DNA of 64,000 bases from positions 41,106,001 to 41,170,000 of the forward strand of contig CM059444.1 of assembly GCA_030390025.1 (NCBI GenBank), read 5' to 3'. The notes under the pieces were generated by a model. It was not told the DNA's origin, did not search any database, and saw only the letters and a list, made by a program, of their open reading frames with translations. Positions 1 to 11,486 of the stretch are shown here, one piece after another (the first letter of the stretch is position 1; every line of letters starts with the position of its first letter). Source of the DNA: Squalus acanthias (Eukaryota). The position numbers were made by a program, and so were the translations under genes.

Positions 1-439
1 CTTGCCAAGTGATTTGATGATGAGAACTAAACACTTTATTGTGATTCATTTTGCCTTTAATGCAGTAATTTTCTGTGGTAGATCACTAGGATCTATTTAG
101 CTTGTTTCAGAAAAATGACTAATATAATGTAACAAGTCGTTCCAGTGAAAGACAACATTTGCAAGCAACTCAAAACTTTATTGTTACTTTTTACTTGACA
201 GATTTCCCTTGCATTTAAAACTTAATTTGCCATGTCTAGAATTTGCATTTTATTTTTTTTCATAAAACAGAGGTGATTCAAGCTGTGTTTACTTGGCTGC
301 TCAGTGATGTCCGTATACCTTTGCATTACTGCCCTTTAGTTTGGTTTATATGGAACAAATGTTTTTTTTGAGAAAGATACACTCCTGGACATGATTTTCA
401 GGAGCAATCTATTGCCATATAATATGCTAATTATATAGA

Positions 440-1560
440 GTCTTGTGTGATTGGCAGATCTTGGGTTGTATAAGGAATTGGCTGGTTTCTCATAGGCAGA
501 AGGTTGTTAATGGTAGTGGTTCTGCATCAGGGCCAGTTACTACTGGAGCCGCACAGGGGTCGGTGTTGGGACCGTTGCTCTTCACGATCTTTATTAATGA
601 TCTGGTCAAAGATGTTGCGGGAACTGTCTGCAAGTTCATGAATGATACAAAGATTTGTGCAAGTGATCAGACCTTAGATTAGAAATAAAACAATTACAAT
701 CCAATCTAGATGCAGTGGAGGAATGAATATGGGAGGAGTGACGGATGCAAGTTAAAATAGATAAATGTGTTATACAAGTCAGTCTGGTTAACACCAAGCA
801 TGCGTATGCCATGCAGGATTCCGAACTAATGACTGTTGAGCGGGCAAAAGTGCTAGGTGTTATTGTACATGAATCTCTAAAGGTTCAAAACCAGTGCTGT
901 GAGGCTGTACCAAAAGCAACAACAGTATTGGCATATATTGCTAGGACAATCCAATACAAAACCGAAAGCACTATACTGTCCTTGTATAAGACCTTGGTTA
1001 GGCTTCATTGAGAGTACTGTATCTAGTTTTGGTCCCCTCACATGGTGGGTGATGCAGAGGCCCTGGGAAAAGTTCACAAGAGGACCGCTAGATTGATGCC
1101 TAGCTTAATGGCCCTTTGTTACCATGATAGGCTTGGAGAGTTGGGTATTTCTACTCCAGGAAAGTGTAGACTTTGGGGTATTTTGATTATGGTCTTTAAG
1201 ATAATGAAGTGACTAGACTCTGTTCATATGGATAGACTATTCAAGTTAGATAGGTTAGGAAGGAACTGGGGAAATGCGTGCAAGTTACCTAAGCATAGAA
1301 CTAGGTTAGATGTCAGGAGGTTTTTCTTTTCGCAGAAGATAATTGACCTTTAGAACAAGTCGTCGGCTCATGCTGTCAGTGCGGATTCGCTGCAAGCGTT
1401 CCAAAGGAAACTGGAGGTGTTTCTAGTTGTGGCTGATATTGCCATGTACAAAAGGTAGGTGAGGTCTTGAGCGATGTGTCTCACGGTCACTGTGGTCTCC
1501 CTGAACTTGGTTTGATCGCCTTTGGGAGTTGAAGAGAGTTTCCCCTCAATTAGCATAGGG
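440..1560 (+). mobile_element. Degenerate CR1-clade LINE 3' fragment (reverse transcriptase C-terminal half)
   Basis: QGSVLGPLLFTIFINDL..KFMNDTKI (decayed FADD) and LYKTLVRLH; stops and frameshifts. Confidence 0.88.
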
Positions 1561-1979
1561 TAGCAATGAACATCTAATATTGAATTTGGCTTTGAATTAA
1601 ATACAGTTAGAATCCGTACATCAGGTTCTCTCATTTAGAAGCTAAATTCAATCCAAGATCTGAAATCCGTATCCCTCCAGTGTATTCAAGACAACAAAGG
1701 GGGAGTAAGCAAAGATGCCACTGGGAAGCCTTAGTTCTTTAACAACTGTAATTGGATCCTATGATGAAGGGCAGTTAACACTTACAGCGGGAGAACTATA
1801 AAATCTCTCAGCCAATTGCAAAGGGAACTTGCAGGCAGCATGAAATTGCCTGTCAAAAGTTTTTGCTGCTTATTGTATTCTGTTCAGTTCTACTTAATTT
1901 TGTTTAATGATGAATTCTGATTAGATCATTGGGAGCATTAGCTTAAAACAGTTACTAAGGCTAGTAAAGAAAGAAAAAA

Positions 1980-2345
1980 ATTGCATTTATATAGCACATT
2001 TCATCAGCTCAGGACGTCCAAAAGTGCTTCACAGCCAGTGAACTATTTTTGAAGTATAGTTTCTGCTGTAATGTAGGGAAGCATGGCAGCCAATTTGTGC
2101 ACAGCAATGCCCTATAAACAGCAATGAAATAACTCATCAGATAATCTGTTTTTTAGTGATGTTGGTTGAGGGATAACTATTGACCAGGACACAGGAGAAC
2201 TGCACTACTCTTCTTTAAATAGTGCCATGTGGTCTTTTATGTTTACTTGAGGGTGCAAATGAAGCCTTGGTTTAATATCAATCTGAAATACAGCACCTGC
2301 AACAGTGCAGCATGCACGGAGTCCTGCACTGAAGTGTCAGTTGGA
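1980..2345 (-). mobile_element. tRNA-derived SINE with L2-type tail (Deu-domain/SacSINE1-like)
   Basis: The same sequence recurs at about 21620, 23490, 25912, 40280, 48998 and 62400 (ttgcatttatatagc...gcagccaatttgtgcacagcaa...gttggttgagggataa...). Family name from memory. Confidence 0.8.
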
Positions 2346-3054
2346 TCAGTCTAAATGGAGATTAACCCAAGTTTCCTATAGCCCAAAATGTGCTTTTGAA
2401 TTTAGTTCCATCATGGTGTCAGACACAGCAAGTTTTCAAATCCAGTATCTCTGTTGATGTCATCAGGATTTATTGTTTAATCAAGATTCAAAAACTGGTA
2501 GCCATTTATATTGAAATTATCTGATGCAACTGTAGAACATTTTTTTCTGAAAGCTAGACTGAAATGGTATTTTAATTAGAAAATAAATGAACCTCAAATA
2601 GAAGTTGCAACTGAATTTTCAATTAGTTGCTTCATATTTACAGGAAATAAATTACTAAACTTGGTCCTTTTTAGCCCTAATAATTGTAATCTTTAAAAGG
2701 AGAATGGCACCTTCACAGGAATATTTGTAACTGTTAATTGCTATTACCTGGATAGGTTTAATGTGAAGTATATTTTTTAGTACATACATTTTTTATATTT
2801 AGTGTTAAGCATATTTAAATGTTAACAAGCTCTAACTGTTATAAATGATGTAGACTGTGCTTTGCTGTATTATATAAAATAACCATAGGCTGATGTTTTT
2901 TGATTAACTACATTGAGACATAATTGGTTAGAATTTTTGTTGCCTGTCTGATAGAGCAATAACAATATTCCAAGCATGCATTATAATACCAAAAAAGGCA
3001 ACACAACTGCATACAATGGCTTCCATATTTATATGCTAATTTTTTTAATATAAA

Positions 3055-3215
3055 ATGGCTCTTCTAATGGCTCAGTTGATTAAAGCAGTAAGTAGCTGAG
3101 CTATACAGACCAAGAAGGTTGATTCTGGTCTGTGCTTACTTTGCTGATCTCAGCCATTTTGGTGTTCAGGGTGCCACAGTTGACCTCAGTGCCCAGGTTA
3201 GAGAAGGGAAAATAA
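3055..3215 (+). mobile_element. Old tRNA-headed SINE, 5' part
   Basis: A-box-like tggctcagttg followed by a SINE-like body; cut off by a CR1 fragment at about 3216. Confidence 0.5.
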
Positions 3216-3437
3216 GGGTGGTGGGGGTCTGGAACTCACTGCCTGAAAGGATGGTAGAGGCAGAGACCCTCATCACATTTAAAAAGTACTTGGATATGCA
3301 CTTGAAGTGCCATAACCTACAAGGTTACGGACCAAGTGCTGGAAAGTGGGATTAGGGTGGATAGCTCTATGTTGGCCGGCATGGACAAGATGGGCCGAAT
3401 GGCGGCCTCCTGTGCTGTAAATTTCTATGATTCTATG
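3216..3437 (+). mobile_element. CR1 LINE 3' terminal fragment
   Basis: RVVGVWNSLPERMVEAETLITFKKYLD, then a 3' UTR with gggccgaatggc and a ttctatgattctatga tail. Confidence 0.9.
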
Positions 3438-3491
3438 AAGCCACGCTTCTCTTTTCTGATAATTAATCAAACAACCCTGATTGAAATCCAT

Positions 3492-4225
3492 GGGGGGAAT
3501 TTTAACCCCAAAAAATGGGTGAGTTGGGGTTGAGTGGGAGGTTAGAGTTTAAAAAAACCAAAACGGAATCCCGACCCCAACCCGCCCACTTCCAGTTTTA
3601 ATGGAGGTGGGATGTGGGGCGGGCAGCCAACCCACTCCCAGGAGATGGATCACCCATTTAAATATAATGAGGCTGGCGTGCCTCATGGTGGCCTGCCATT
3701 ACAAATTTAACTCTGGTTGGTCGCGTTTCCTAGGCCCCGGGGAACCCACCAGCTAAAGGAAGGCGAGGTTTGCTGGATCCAGGAAGTAAGTGCCTTTACA
3801 CTTAGCTCCTCGGTCCAGCGTCCCTGCCTCACCCAACCCCCGCAATCGGGACACCCCCTCCCGAGGCCTCCGATTTTGCCCCCTCCCCTGAGGCTGCCGA
3901 TTGCCTTCCCGGCCTACCCCCTCAAGCCCCGATTCTTACCCCGGCCCCCAACCACTCCCCCTGATGCTCCTCTGGCCCCTGATATTTCTCTCTCTCCCCT
4001 CTCCCCTCTCCCTCCTCTCTGCGGCCTAGTGCCGCAGACCTACACGCCCATAGCCAGCCAGCCTCTCCATATGTCTGGCTGCGGGTGGGAATTGGTATTT
4101 TGAAATGCTGTTAAATTCGGCAGGGCCTGCAGGAAACCCGTTCTCCCAGGTTTCCCAAGCACTTTCAACCCTCTGGCCCCCCCCACCCCCCCCTCCCCAA
4201 CTGCCTCCAGATTAAAATTCCAGCA
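3492..4225. mobile_element. PIF/Harbinger-type MITE
   Basis: Imperfect TIRs ggggggaattttaa / ttaaaattccagca; 3-bp TSD CAT on both sides. Confidence 0.75.
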
Positions 4226-4764
4226 CATGTATGTGACCATCAGGAGGCTGAGCTTATGATGTTTACTACGGTCCAGTACCTTCCCACTGGTTAGGCTCAT
4301 ATGAATAATGGCCACTTGTGCTAGGTATTGGACAGCAAGAAGTGCCTGCAGTACTGTACCCCAGGAAATGGGTTGTTGTCTTCAGGACAGTTCAAGAGGA
4401 GAGAAAGTTGGCAGAAAAGTGTGTGGGGGGATGGGGGCATTCCTCTGCAAAGGTGGTTTCTTTTCTTGTATACTGCATTAGTAAACCATCTATAATATAA
4501 ATAGATGGCCTAGAAATTCGAGCATTGTTCAAAAACCGGGGCACAGAGAATGGTTCCTCTGCCTGAATGGATAGGCACGTAATATTGGGCCTGAGGTGAG
4601 CTGGCGGGTTGCAGACACCGAATGGACATCCCCAGGCAGCTCACCAGAGAAGAGTACTCGAAGATTGGGCTGTTGCAAAGCCAGCAGCGGCTGGTAGGTA
4701 AGTCCTTAACTGGGGTGGGGGTGGGGGCGGTGATCGGGAGGGAGGGTAGAGGTCGGCAGCAATC

Positions 4765-7700
4765 ATGAAACATAGAAGATAGGAGGAGGCCATTCGGCCC
4801 CTCTAGCCTGCTCGGCCATTCAATGCGATCATGGCTGATCATCCAAATTCAGAACCCTGTCCCTGCTTTCTCCCCATATCCCTTGATCCCTTTAGCCTTA
4901 AGAAATATATCCAACTCCTTCTTGAATATATTTAATGAATTGGCCTCTACTGCCTTCTGTGGTAGAGAATTCCACAGGTTCACCACTCTCTGGGTGAAGA
5001 AATTCCTCCTCATTTCTGTCCTAAATGGCTTACCCCTTATCCTTAGACTGTGACCCCTGGTTCTGGACTCGGATCATCGGGAACATCCTTCCTGCATCTA
5101 GTCTGTCCAGTCCTGTCAGAATTTTATAAGTTTCAATGAGATCCCCTCTCATTCTTCTAAACTCCAGCGAGTACAAGCCCAATCGACCCAATCTCTCCTC
5201 ATACGTCATTCCTGCCATCCCAGGTATCAGTTTGGTGAATCTTTGCTGAACTCCTTCCATGGCAAGAACCTCCTTCCTCAGATAAGGCGACCAAAACTGC
5301 ACACAATACTCAAGATGTGGTCTCACCAAGGCTTTGTACAACTGCAGCAAGACACCCTTGTTCCTGTACGCAAACCCTCTCGCTACGAAGGCCAACATAC
5401 CATTTGCCTTCTTAACCGCCTGCTGCACCTGCATGCTTACCTTCAGCGACTGGTGCACAAGGACACCCAGTTCTCGTTGTACTTCCCCTTCTCCCAATCT
5501 ATTGCCATTCAGATAATAATCTGCCTTCCTGTTTTTGACACCAAAGTGGATAACCTCGCATTTATCCACGTTATATTGCATCTGCCATGCTTCTGCCCAA
5601 TCACCCAACCTGTCCAAATCATCCTGGAGTTTCTCGGCATCCTCCTCACAGCACACACGCCCACCCAGCTTTGTGTCGTCTGCAAACTTGAGATATTACA
5701 TCTAGTTCCCTTGTCTAGATCATTAATATATATTGTGAATAGCTGGGGTCCAAGGACCGATCCCTGCGGTACCCCACTAGTCACTGCCTGCCACTCGGAA
5801 AAAGACCCGTTATTCCAAATCTTTGCTTTCTGTCTGCCAACCAGTTCTCTATCCAAGTCAATACCTTGCCCCCAATCCCATGTGCCTTAACTTTACACGC
5901 TAATATCTTATGCGGGACCTTATCGAAAGCCTTTTGGAAGTCCAAATACACCACATCCACTGGTTCTCCCTTATCTATTTTACCAGTTACATCCTCAAAA
6001 AATTCCAGGAGATTAGTCAAGCACGATTTGCCTTTTGTAAATCCATGTTGACTTTGTCCGATCCTGTCACTGTTTTCCAAGTGCTCTGCTATTACATCTT
6101 TTATAATGGACTCTAGCATTTTCCCCACTACCGATGTCAGGCTTACCGGTCTGTAATTCCCCGCTTTCTCTCTACCACCCTTTTTGAATAGTGGGGTAAC
6201 ATTAGCTACCCTCCAATCTATGGGTATTGTTCCAGATTCCATCGAATGTTGGAAGATGATCAGCAATGCATCTACTATTTCTAGGGCCACTTCCTTAAGT
6301 ACCCTAGGATGTAGATTATCAGGCCCTGGGGATTTATCGGCCTTCAATCCCGTCAATTTCCCTAACACCATTTCCCTACAAATACTGATTTCTATCAGGT
6401 TCCTTCCTTTCATCAGACCCTATGTTCCCCGACATCTCTGGGAGGTTATTTGTGTCCTCCTTTGTGAAGACCGAACCAAAATATGTATTTAATTGGTCTG
6501 CCATTTCTTTGTTCCCCATTATAAGTTCCCCTGATTCTGACTGCAAGGGACCTACGCTTGACTTCACCAATCTTTTTCTCTTCACATATCTATAAAAGCT
6601 TTTACAGTCAGTTTTTATGTTCCCTGTAAGCTTCCTCTCATATTCTATTTTCCCCTTAATCCCTTTGTCCTCCTTTGTTGAATCCTAAACTACTCCCAAT
6701 CCTCAGGTTTACTGCTTTTTCTGGCCAATTTATATGTCCTCTCCTTGGATCTTATGCTATCCCTAATTTCCCTTGTTAGCCATGGTTGAGTCACCTTTTT
6801 TGTTTTATTCTTATGCCAAACTGGGATGAACAAATTCTGTAGTTCATCCATGCGGTCTTTGAATGTTTGCCATTGCCTATCCACCGTGAACCCTTTGAGT
6901 GACATTCCCCAATCAATCCTACCCAACTCGTGCCTCATACCATCGTAGTTTCCTTTATTTAAATTCAGGACCCTAGTCTCTGAGTCAACTACTTCACTCT
7001 CCATCTTAATGAAGAATTCTATCATATTATGATCGCTCCGACCCAAGGGGCCTCGTACAACATGATTGCTAATTAATCCTTTCTCATTACATAATACCCA
7101 GTCTAAGATGGCCTGATCTCTGGTTGGATCCTCGACATATTGGTCCAGGAAACCATCCCATAAACACTCCAGGAATTCCTCCTCCACAGTATTGTTACTA
7201 ATTTGGTTAGCCCAATCTATATGTAGATTAAAGTCACCCATGATGACTGCTGTGCCCTTATTGCACGCTTCTCTAATTTCCCTTTTAATGCCATCCCCAA
7301 CCTCCGCATTACTGTTTGGAGGTCTATATACCGCTCCCACTAACGTTTTCTGCCCCTTGGTATTTCTCAGTTCCACCCATACAGATTCCACATCATCAGA
7401 GCTAATATCCTTCCTTACAATTGTGTTAATCCCCTCTTTAACCAGCAATGCTACCCCACCTCCCTTTCCTTTTTGCCTATCTTTCCTGAATATTGAATAC
7501 CCCTGGATGTTGAGTTCCCAGCCTTGGCCACCCTGGAGCCATGTTTCCGTAATCCCAATCAAATCATATTCGTTTACCTCTATTTGCTCAGCTAATTCAT
7601 CCACCTTATTCCGAATGCTCCTCGCATTAAGACACAAAGGGGTAAAAATTCACTTGGTTGCGCCTCCCGTTAGCGCCTTAAGAGGGCGCTAATGGGGCGC

Positions 7701-9382
7701 AAAGCCGCTAACGCCCGTGCGCAGCGATGTTTGCGCCGCTCGAGAACTTAACTTGAGATTGTGCGGCGGTGCTAAAACTTACTGCTGCGACCACCTGCGC
7801 GCGCAGATTGTGACGTCATTCCATGGTGCAACGCCCTTGGGGCGCCCCGTAGCGGAAATTGAGTGGCGCCCCCTGCCTTACCGCCTGGCGCTTCGAACGA
7901 CCAGAAGACTGGAACGCTATCAATCGCTGTGGGGCTGGGGGGGGGGCGCTATTTAAAGGGGGCCTCTTCCGGTCTTTTATTGTTGGTGGCATTTTTGAAC
8001 TACGCATTCTGAGAGAGAGAGGGAGAGACTTCTGGAGAGATTCAACGTTGTGTGAAGGAGTTTTGGGTACTGAGCAGCACTTTGCAGGTTCATTTTGATT
8101 TGCCATTCCTTGTATCGATTTAGCAGAGAATGTGGGAGCTGCACTCTGAGCTCCTTGCCTGGTACTCTCCATTGTTCTTTCCAGCACATTTGATGTGCAA
8201 GTCTCTCCAGGCCGAGATTCAAGGCAGCAATGAACAGGATGTGGATGGAAAGCAAGATTAACCATCCCCTTTAAGAACTGGCCCGTGCCATTGTGTGTGT
8301 GTTCCATTGCTGACTGACATTACATGAGCTTCGCCAGCGCTCCGAGTTAGCGCCTCACTCCTTGGCCTTTGCGCCTTAAGAGAGGTGTGCAGCGCCTGCT
8401 TTAGCGCTCCACTCACCTCCCGGGGCGGTAAAAGTGAAGTTTCCTGTCAGTGCCAATAATTAGCGCCAGGCGCTAATATTTGCGTCCGGACGATATTTGC
8501 GCCCCAAATGGGGCGCGACCTAATTTCTACCCCAAAGCCTTTAGGCTTGTTTTTTTAACGCTCTTAGACCTATTAGAATTATTATTTACTGTGGCCATGT
8601 TTGATTTAAACCGTTGATTTCTCTGACTGCCACTTTTGGTTTTTCTCCTTCCTATCTTTTGCTTTTATTCTTGTTTCCCTTTCCTCTGTCTCCCTGCTCA
8701 GGTTCCCAACCCCCTGCCATTTTAGTTTAAACCCTCCCCCAGAGCACTAGCAAACACTCCCCCTAGGACATCGGTCCCGGCCCTGCCCAGGTGCAAACCG
8801 TCCGGTTTGTACTGGTCCCACCTCCCCAAGAACCGGTTCCAATGTTCCAGGAATTTGAATCCCTCCCCCTTGCACCATTCCTCTAGCCACGTATTCATCT
8901 GAAATATCCTTCTATTTCTACTCTGACTAGCACGTGGCACTGGTAGCAATCCTGAGATTACTACCTTTTGAGGTCCTATTTTTTAATTTACCTCCTAACT
9001 CCCTATATTCAGCTTTTAGGACCTCATCCCCTTTTTTACCTATATCGTTGGTACCTATATGCACCACGACAACTAGCTGTTCACCCTCCCCTTCCAAAAT
9101 GTTCTGCAGCCGCTCGGAGACATCCTTGATCCTTGCACCAGGGAGGCAACACACCATCCTGGAGTCTCGTTTGCGGCCGCAGAAATGCCTATCTATTCCC
9201 CTTACAATAGAATCCCCTATCGCTATAGTTCTACCCCTCTTTTTCCTCCCGTCCTGTGCAGCAGAGCCACCCCTGGTGCCAGGAAGTTGGCTGCTGCTGC
9301 CTTCCTCTGATAAGCCATCTCCCCCAACAGTATTTAAAGTGGTATATCTGTTTGAGAGGGGGATGTCCACAGGGGACTCCTG
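4765..9382 (-). mobile_element. Near-full-length, frameshifted CR1 LINE (ORF1 esterase domain, ORF2 endonuclease + RT), interrupted by a MITE
   Basis: ORF1 SGNH-like IGDSIVRG..CCLPGARIKDV..VHIGTNDIG at 8722-9370. Endonuclease LNARSI..ITETW..YRPP..MGDFN..SDH at 6690-7637. [49 protein letters not shown] at 5030-6585, split over several frames. CR1 3' tail at about 4765. Confidence 0.96.
7639..8533. mobile_element. PIF/Harbinger-type MITE (895 bp) inserted in the CR1
   Basis: TIRs ggggtaaaaatt / aatttctacccc (11/12 match); TSD AAA; removing it restores contiguous CR1 sequence gacacaaagccttt; CpG-rich. Confidence 0.88.
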
Positions 9383-9403
9383 AAGGGTGGGTAATGGTCA
9401 GTT

Positions 9404-9465
9404 GCGATCGGGAGGGTAGTGCCCGCGATCGGGAGGGTAGTGGCCGCGATCGGGAGGATAGCAGC
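9404..9465. repeat. About 3 x 21-bp tandem repeat (gcgatcgggagggtagtgNcc)
   Basis: Directly visible; a related motif occurs at about 4730-4750 on the other side of the CR1. Confidence 0.8.
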
Positions 9466-11180
9466 GGCAATGGGGTGGGGTATCGTGTTCATGATCCGGG
9501 GTTGGGGGTGTGGTGGTCAGCATGGACTGCAGAGTTTGAATGTGGAACCGGGAGGAGCACTCCTGGAAAACAGGCACAGTGTGGTCAAATTGGTAGGCTG
9601 ATATGTGAATAATGCTACTTTTGAATTGGCAGCCCTTTGTTTGTGCACCAAATTCCTGGATATATTCACTTAGAGTGGGGCACAGAAAATAAAATACTTG
9701 TTTTTGTTCAAGCTTTTTCTCCCACCTCTCTCACCCCCACATGCCACCATGACTTTCAAGGTTTACTGTTATGGTGTAGGTCATTTACACTTGTGTGGAG
9801 TTATTTGCTTTCAAAATAAACTCGATAGTTCTTTTGACATCAAGATGTGGTAGATGTGGATTTTCTTCCCTTGTTCCCCTACTGGTGAGTTCCTCATTGT
9901 GACCATCCTATCTGCTCCAGGGGAAAAATTGGTGAGTGTGTGACTTCAGAAGTACTCTAGACTTCTTGGCACTCTGTTGTATAGTGGCATTGTAGAGGCC
10001 ACCTATCTACTCTCTTACTGCTCACAGCAGAAGAAAACCAAAAGGAGAGTAAAGTTAAAGTGGAGGAAGTGAGAACATTTCGTTTAACACAATTATAGAT
10101 TTTAAATAAACAAATTTATTCTCTTTTGTTTCTTTTTGCAAGTAGTTATAATTTAAATTTAAAGGGTTCTTGTCTGACTCTTTAAAATGTAGCTATAATT
10201 TCGAGAACTTTTCACTAACTTGGTAAGTGACATCCCTGCCAACATTCATTATCGAGGCTCACATAAAGAATAGCTATTGGGCTAAGGTATGGGAGAGTTG
10301 CAAGCACCAATGGAACCAGACCTCAACAAGCTTTAGAATTTGAGAAGATAATGAAAGAAAATCTAAATGTGTGGGGAAGGGAGTATTATCAACGTGAGGT
10401 ACTTTCCTCTTCCCCCTCCCTGCAACCAACCCCCACCTGCAGAAGATCTTAAGACCTGAAGTTGCAGATCATTACTAGCCTTAGAAAACATTTTCCTCCT
10501 CACTAGATGGTAAATTGGTCTCAATAGGTTTTTTTCCTTTGTAGTGACATTTGCGCTTCATTACATTTGAGCTACTTAATAAATTGTATCAATAAAATGT
10601 GTTGCAAGGAACTCAGATCTCTGGACTGAACAGACACGCATACAACAATTTAACGCAAGTTTTTGAAGAAAACCATTGTCTACTTATTATAGAAAATCCT
10701 GTTGGAATTTAGCTGTGAACACGTGCAAATTCTACACGTCGTCCTTGCATAGATATTTTTCTTCTTTCAATTCTTGCTCAAACTGGCAGGCAACGTCTGG
10801 TAACTATTATGCTGGTGTTACCCTGTAAGGTGCTGCTGAAAATGTTCAAACACGATAAGACTTTATCAAAAAATCCATGTACGGCTACTTTGCAGAAATG
10901 TGTAATAATCTGGAACTGGACCTTTTTAAGTTTAAAGGTTACAACATAGTAAAATGAAAGAATTGCAGTAGCATAAATATGATTGTTTACTGAGGCTTGA
11001 GTTAAATCCATTCTGAGGTTATTAATGTACAAGAATTAATTTAGATTCTAAATTCTGGTTTTTGGGTTCTATTACCAATTCCACTAAAGAACAAACTTAC
11101 TCAATGAAATATATCTACTTCAGATCAAATATACTGTTTTTGAAATACATTGACTAATTAAAAATGACACTTATTTGCAG

Positions 11181-11486
11181 ATGGTCATTTCACAAGTTTC
11201 AGTTCACTATTCGGTTGAAATAGGAGTTCCGCCTCAAACACATCAGATACCAATTATGCCAGTGCAGCCTTTAGTTTTGCCACCACCTCTGCAAAGTCAG
11301 GCTGAAACTGTTGCAGCAACTGGTACCTTCTACACTGAACAACAAATACAAGTGCAATCCAGTGGTCTCCCACATTCAGTGCAACAGACTGTGCCAATGC
11401 AAGACAATATTCCTCAGTCGTTAAGCCAACAGAACAAAGATACTCCCTCATCAGCTATGCAGATCTCTACTGATGTTTGTCAAAGT
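11181..11486 (+). CDS. wnk2: WNK2 exon A (306 nt, ends phase 0), Q/P/V-rich disordered region
   Basis: Acceptor ttatttgcag, donor AGT|gtacgt; open frame [10 protein letters not shown]...DVCQS. Confidence 0.8.

Noticed and set aside
5243-9383. Long + strand ORFs (215, 166 and 149 aa)
   Set aside because: They are antisense shadows of the CR1 ORFs and have no independent protein features.
9404-9465. Short direct repeats here and at 43131-43207 as a CRISPR-like array
   Set aside because: They are head-to-tail tandem units without unique spacers, inside transposon sequence in a vertebrate intron.
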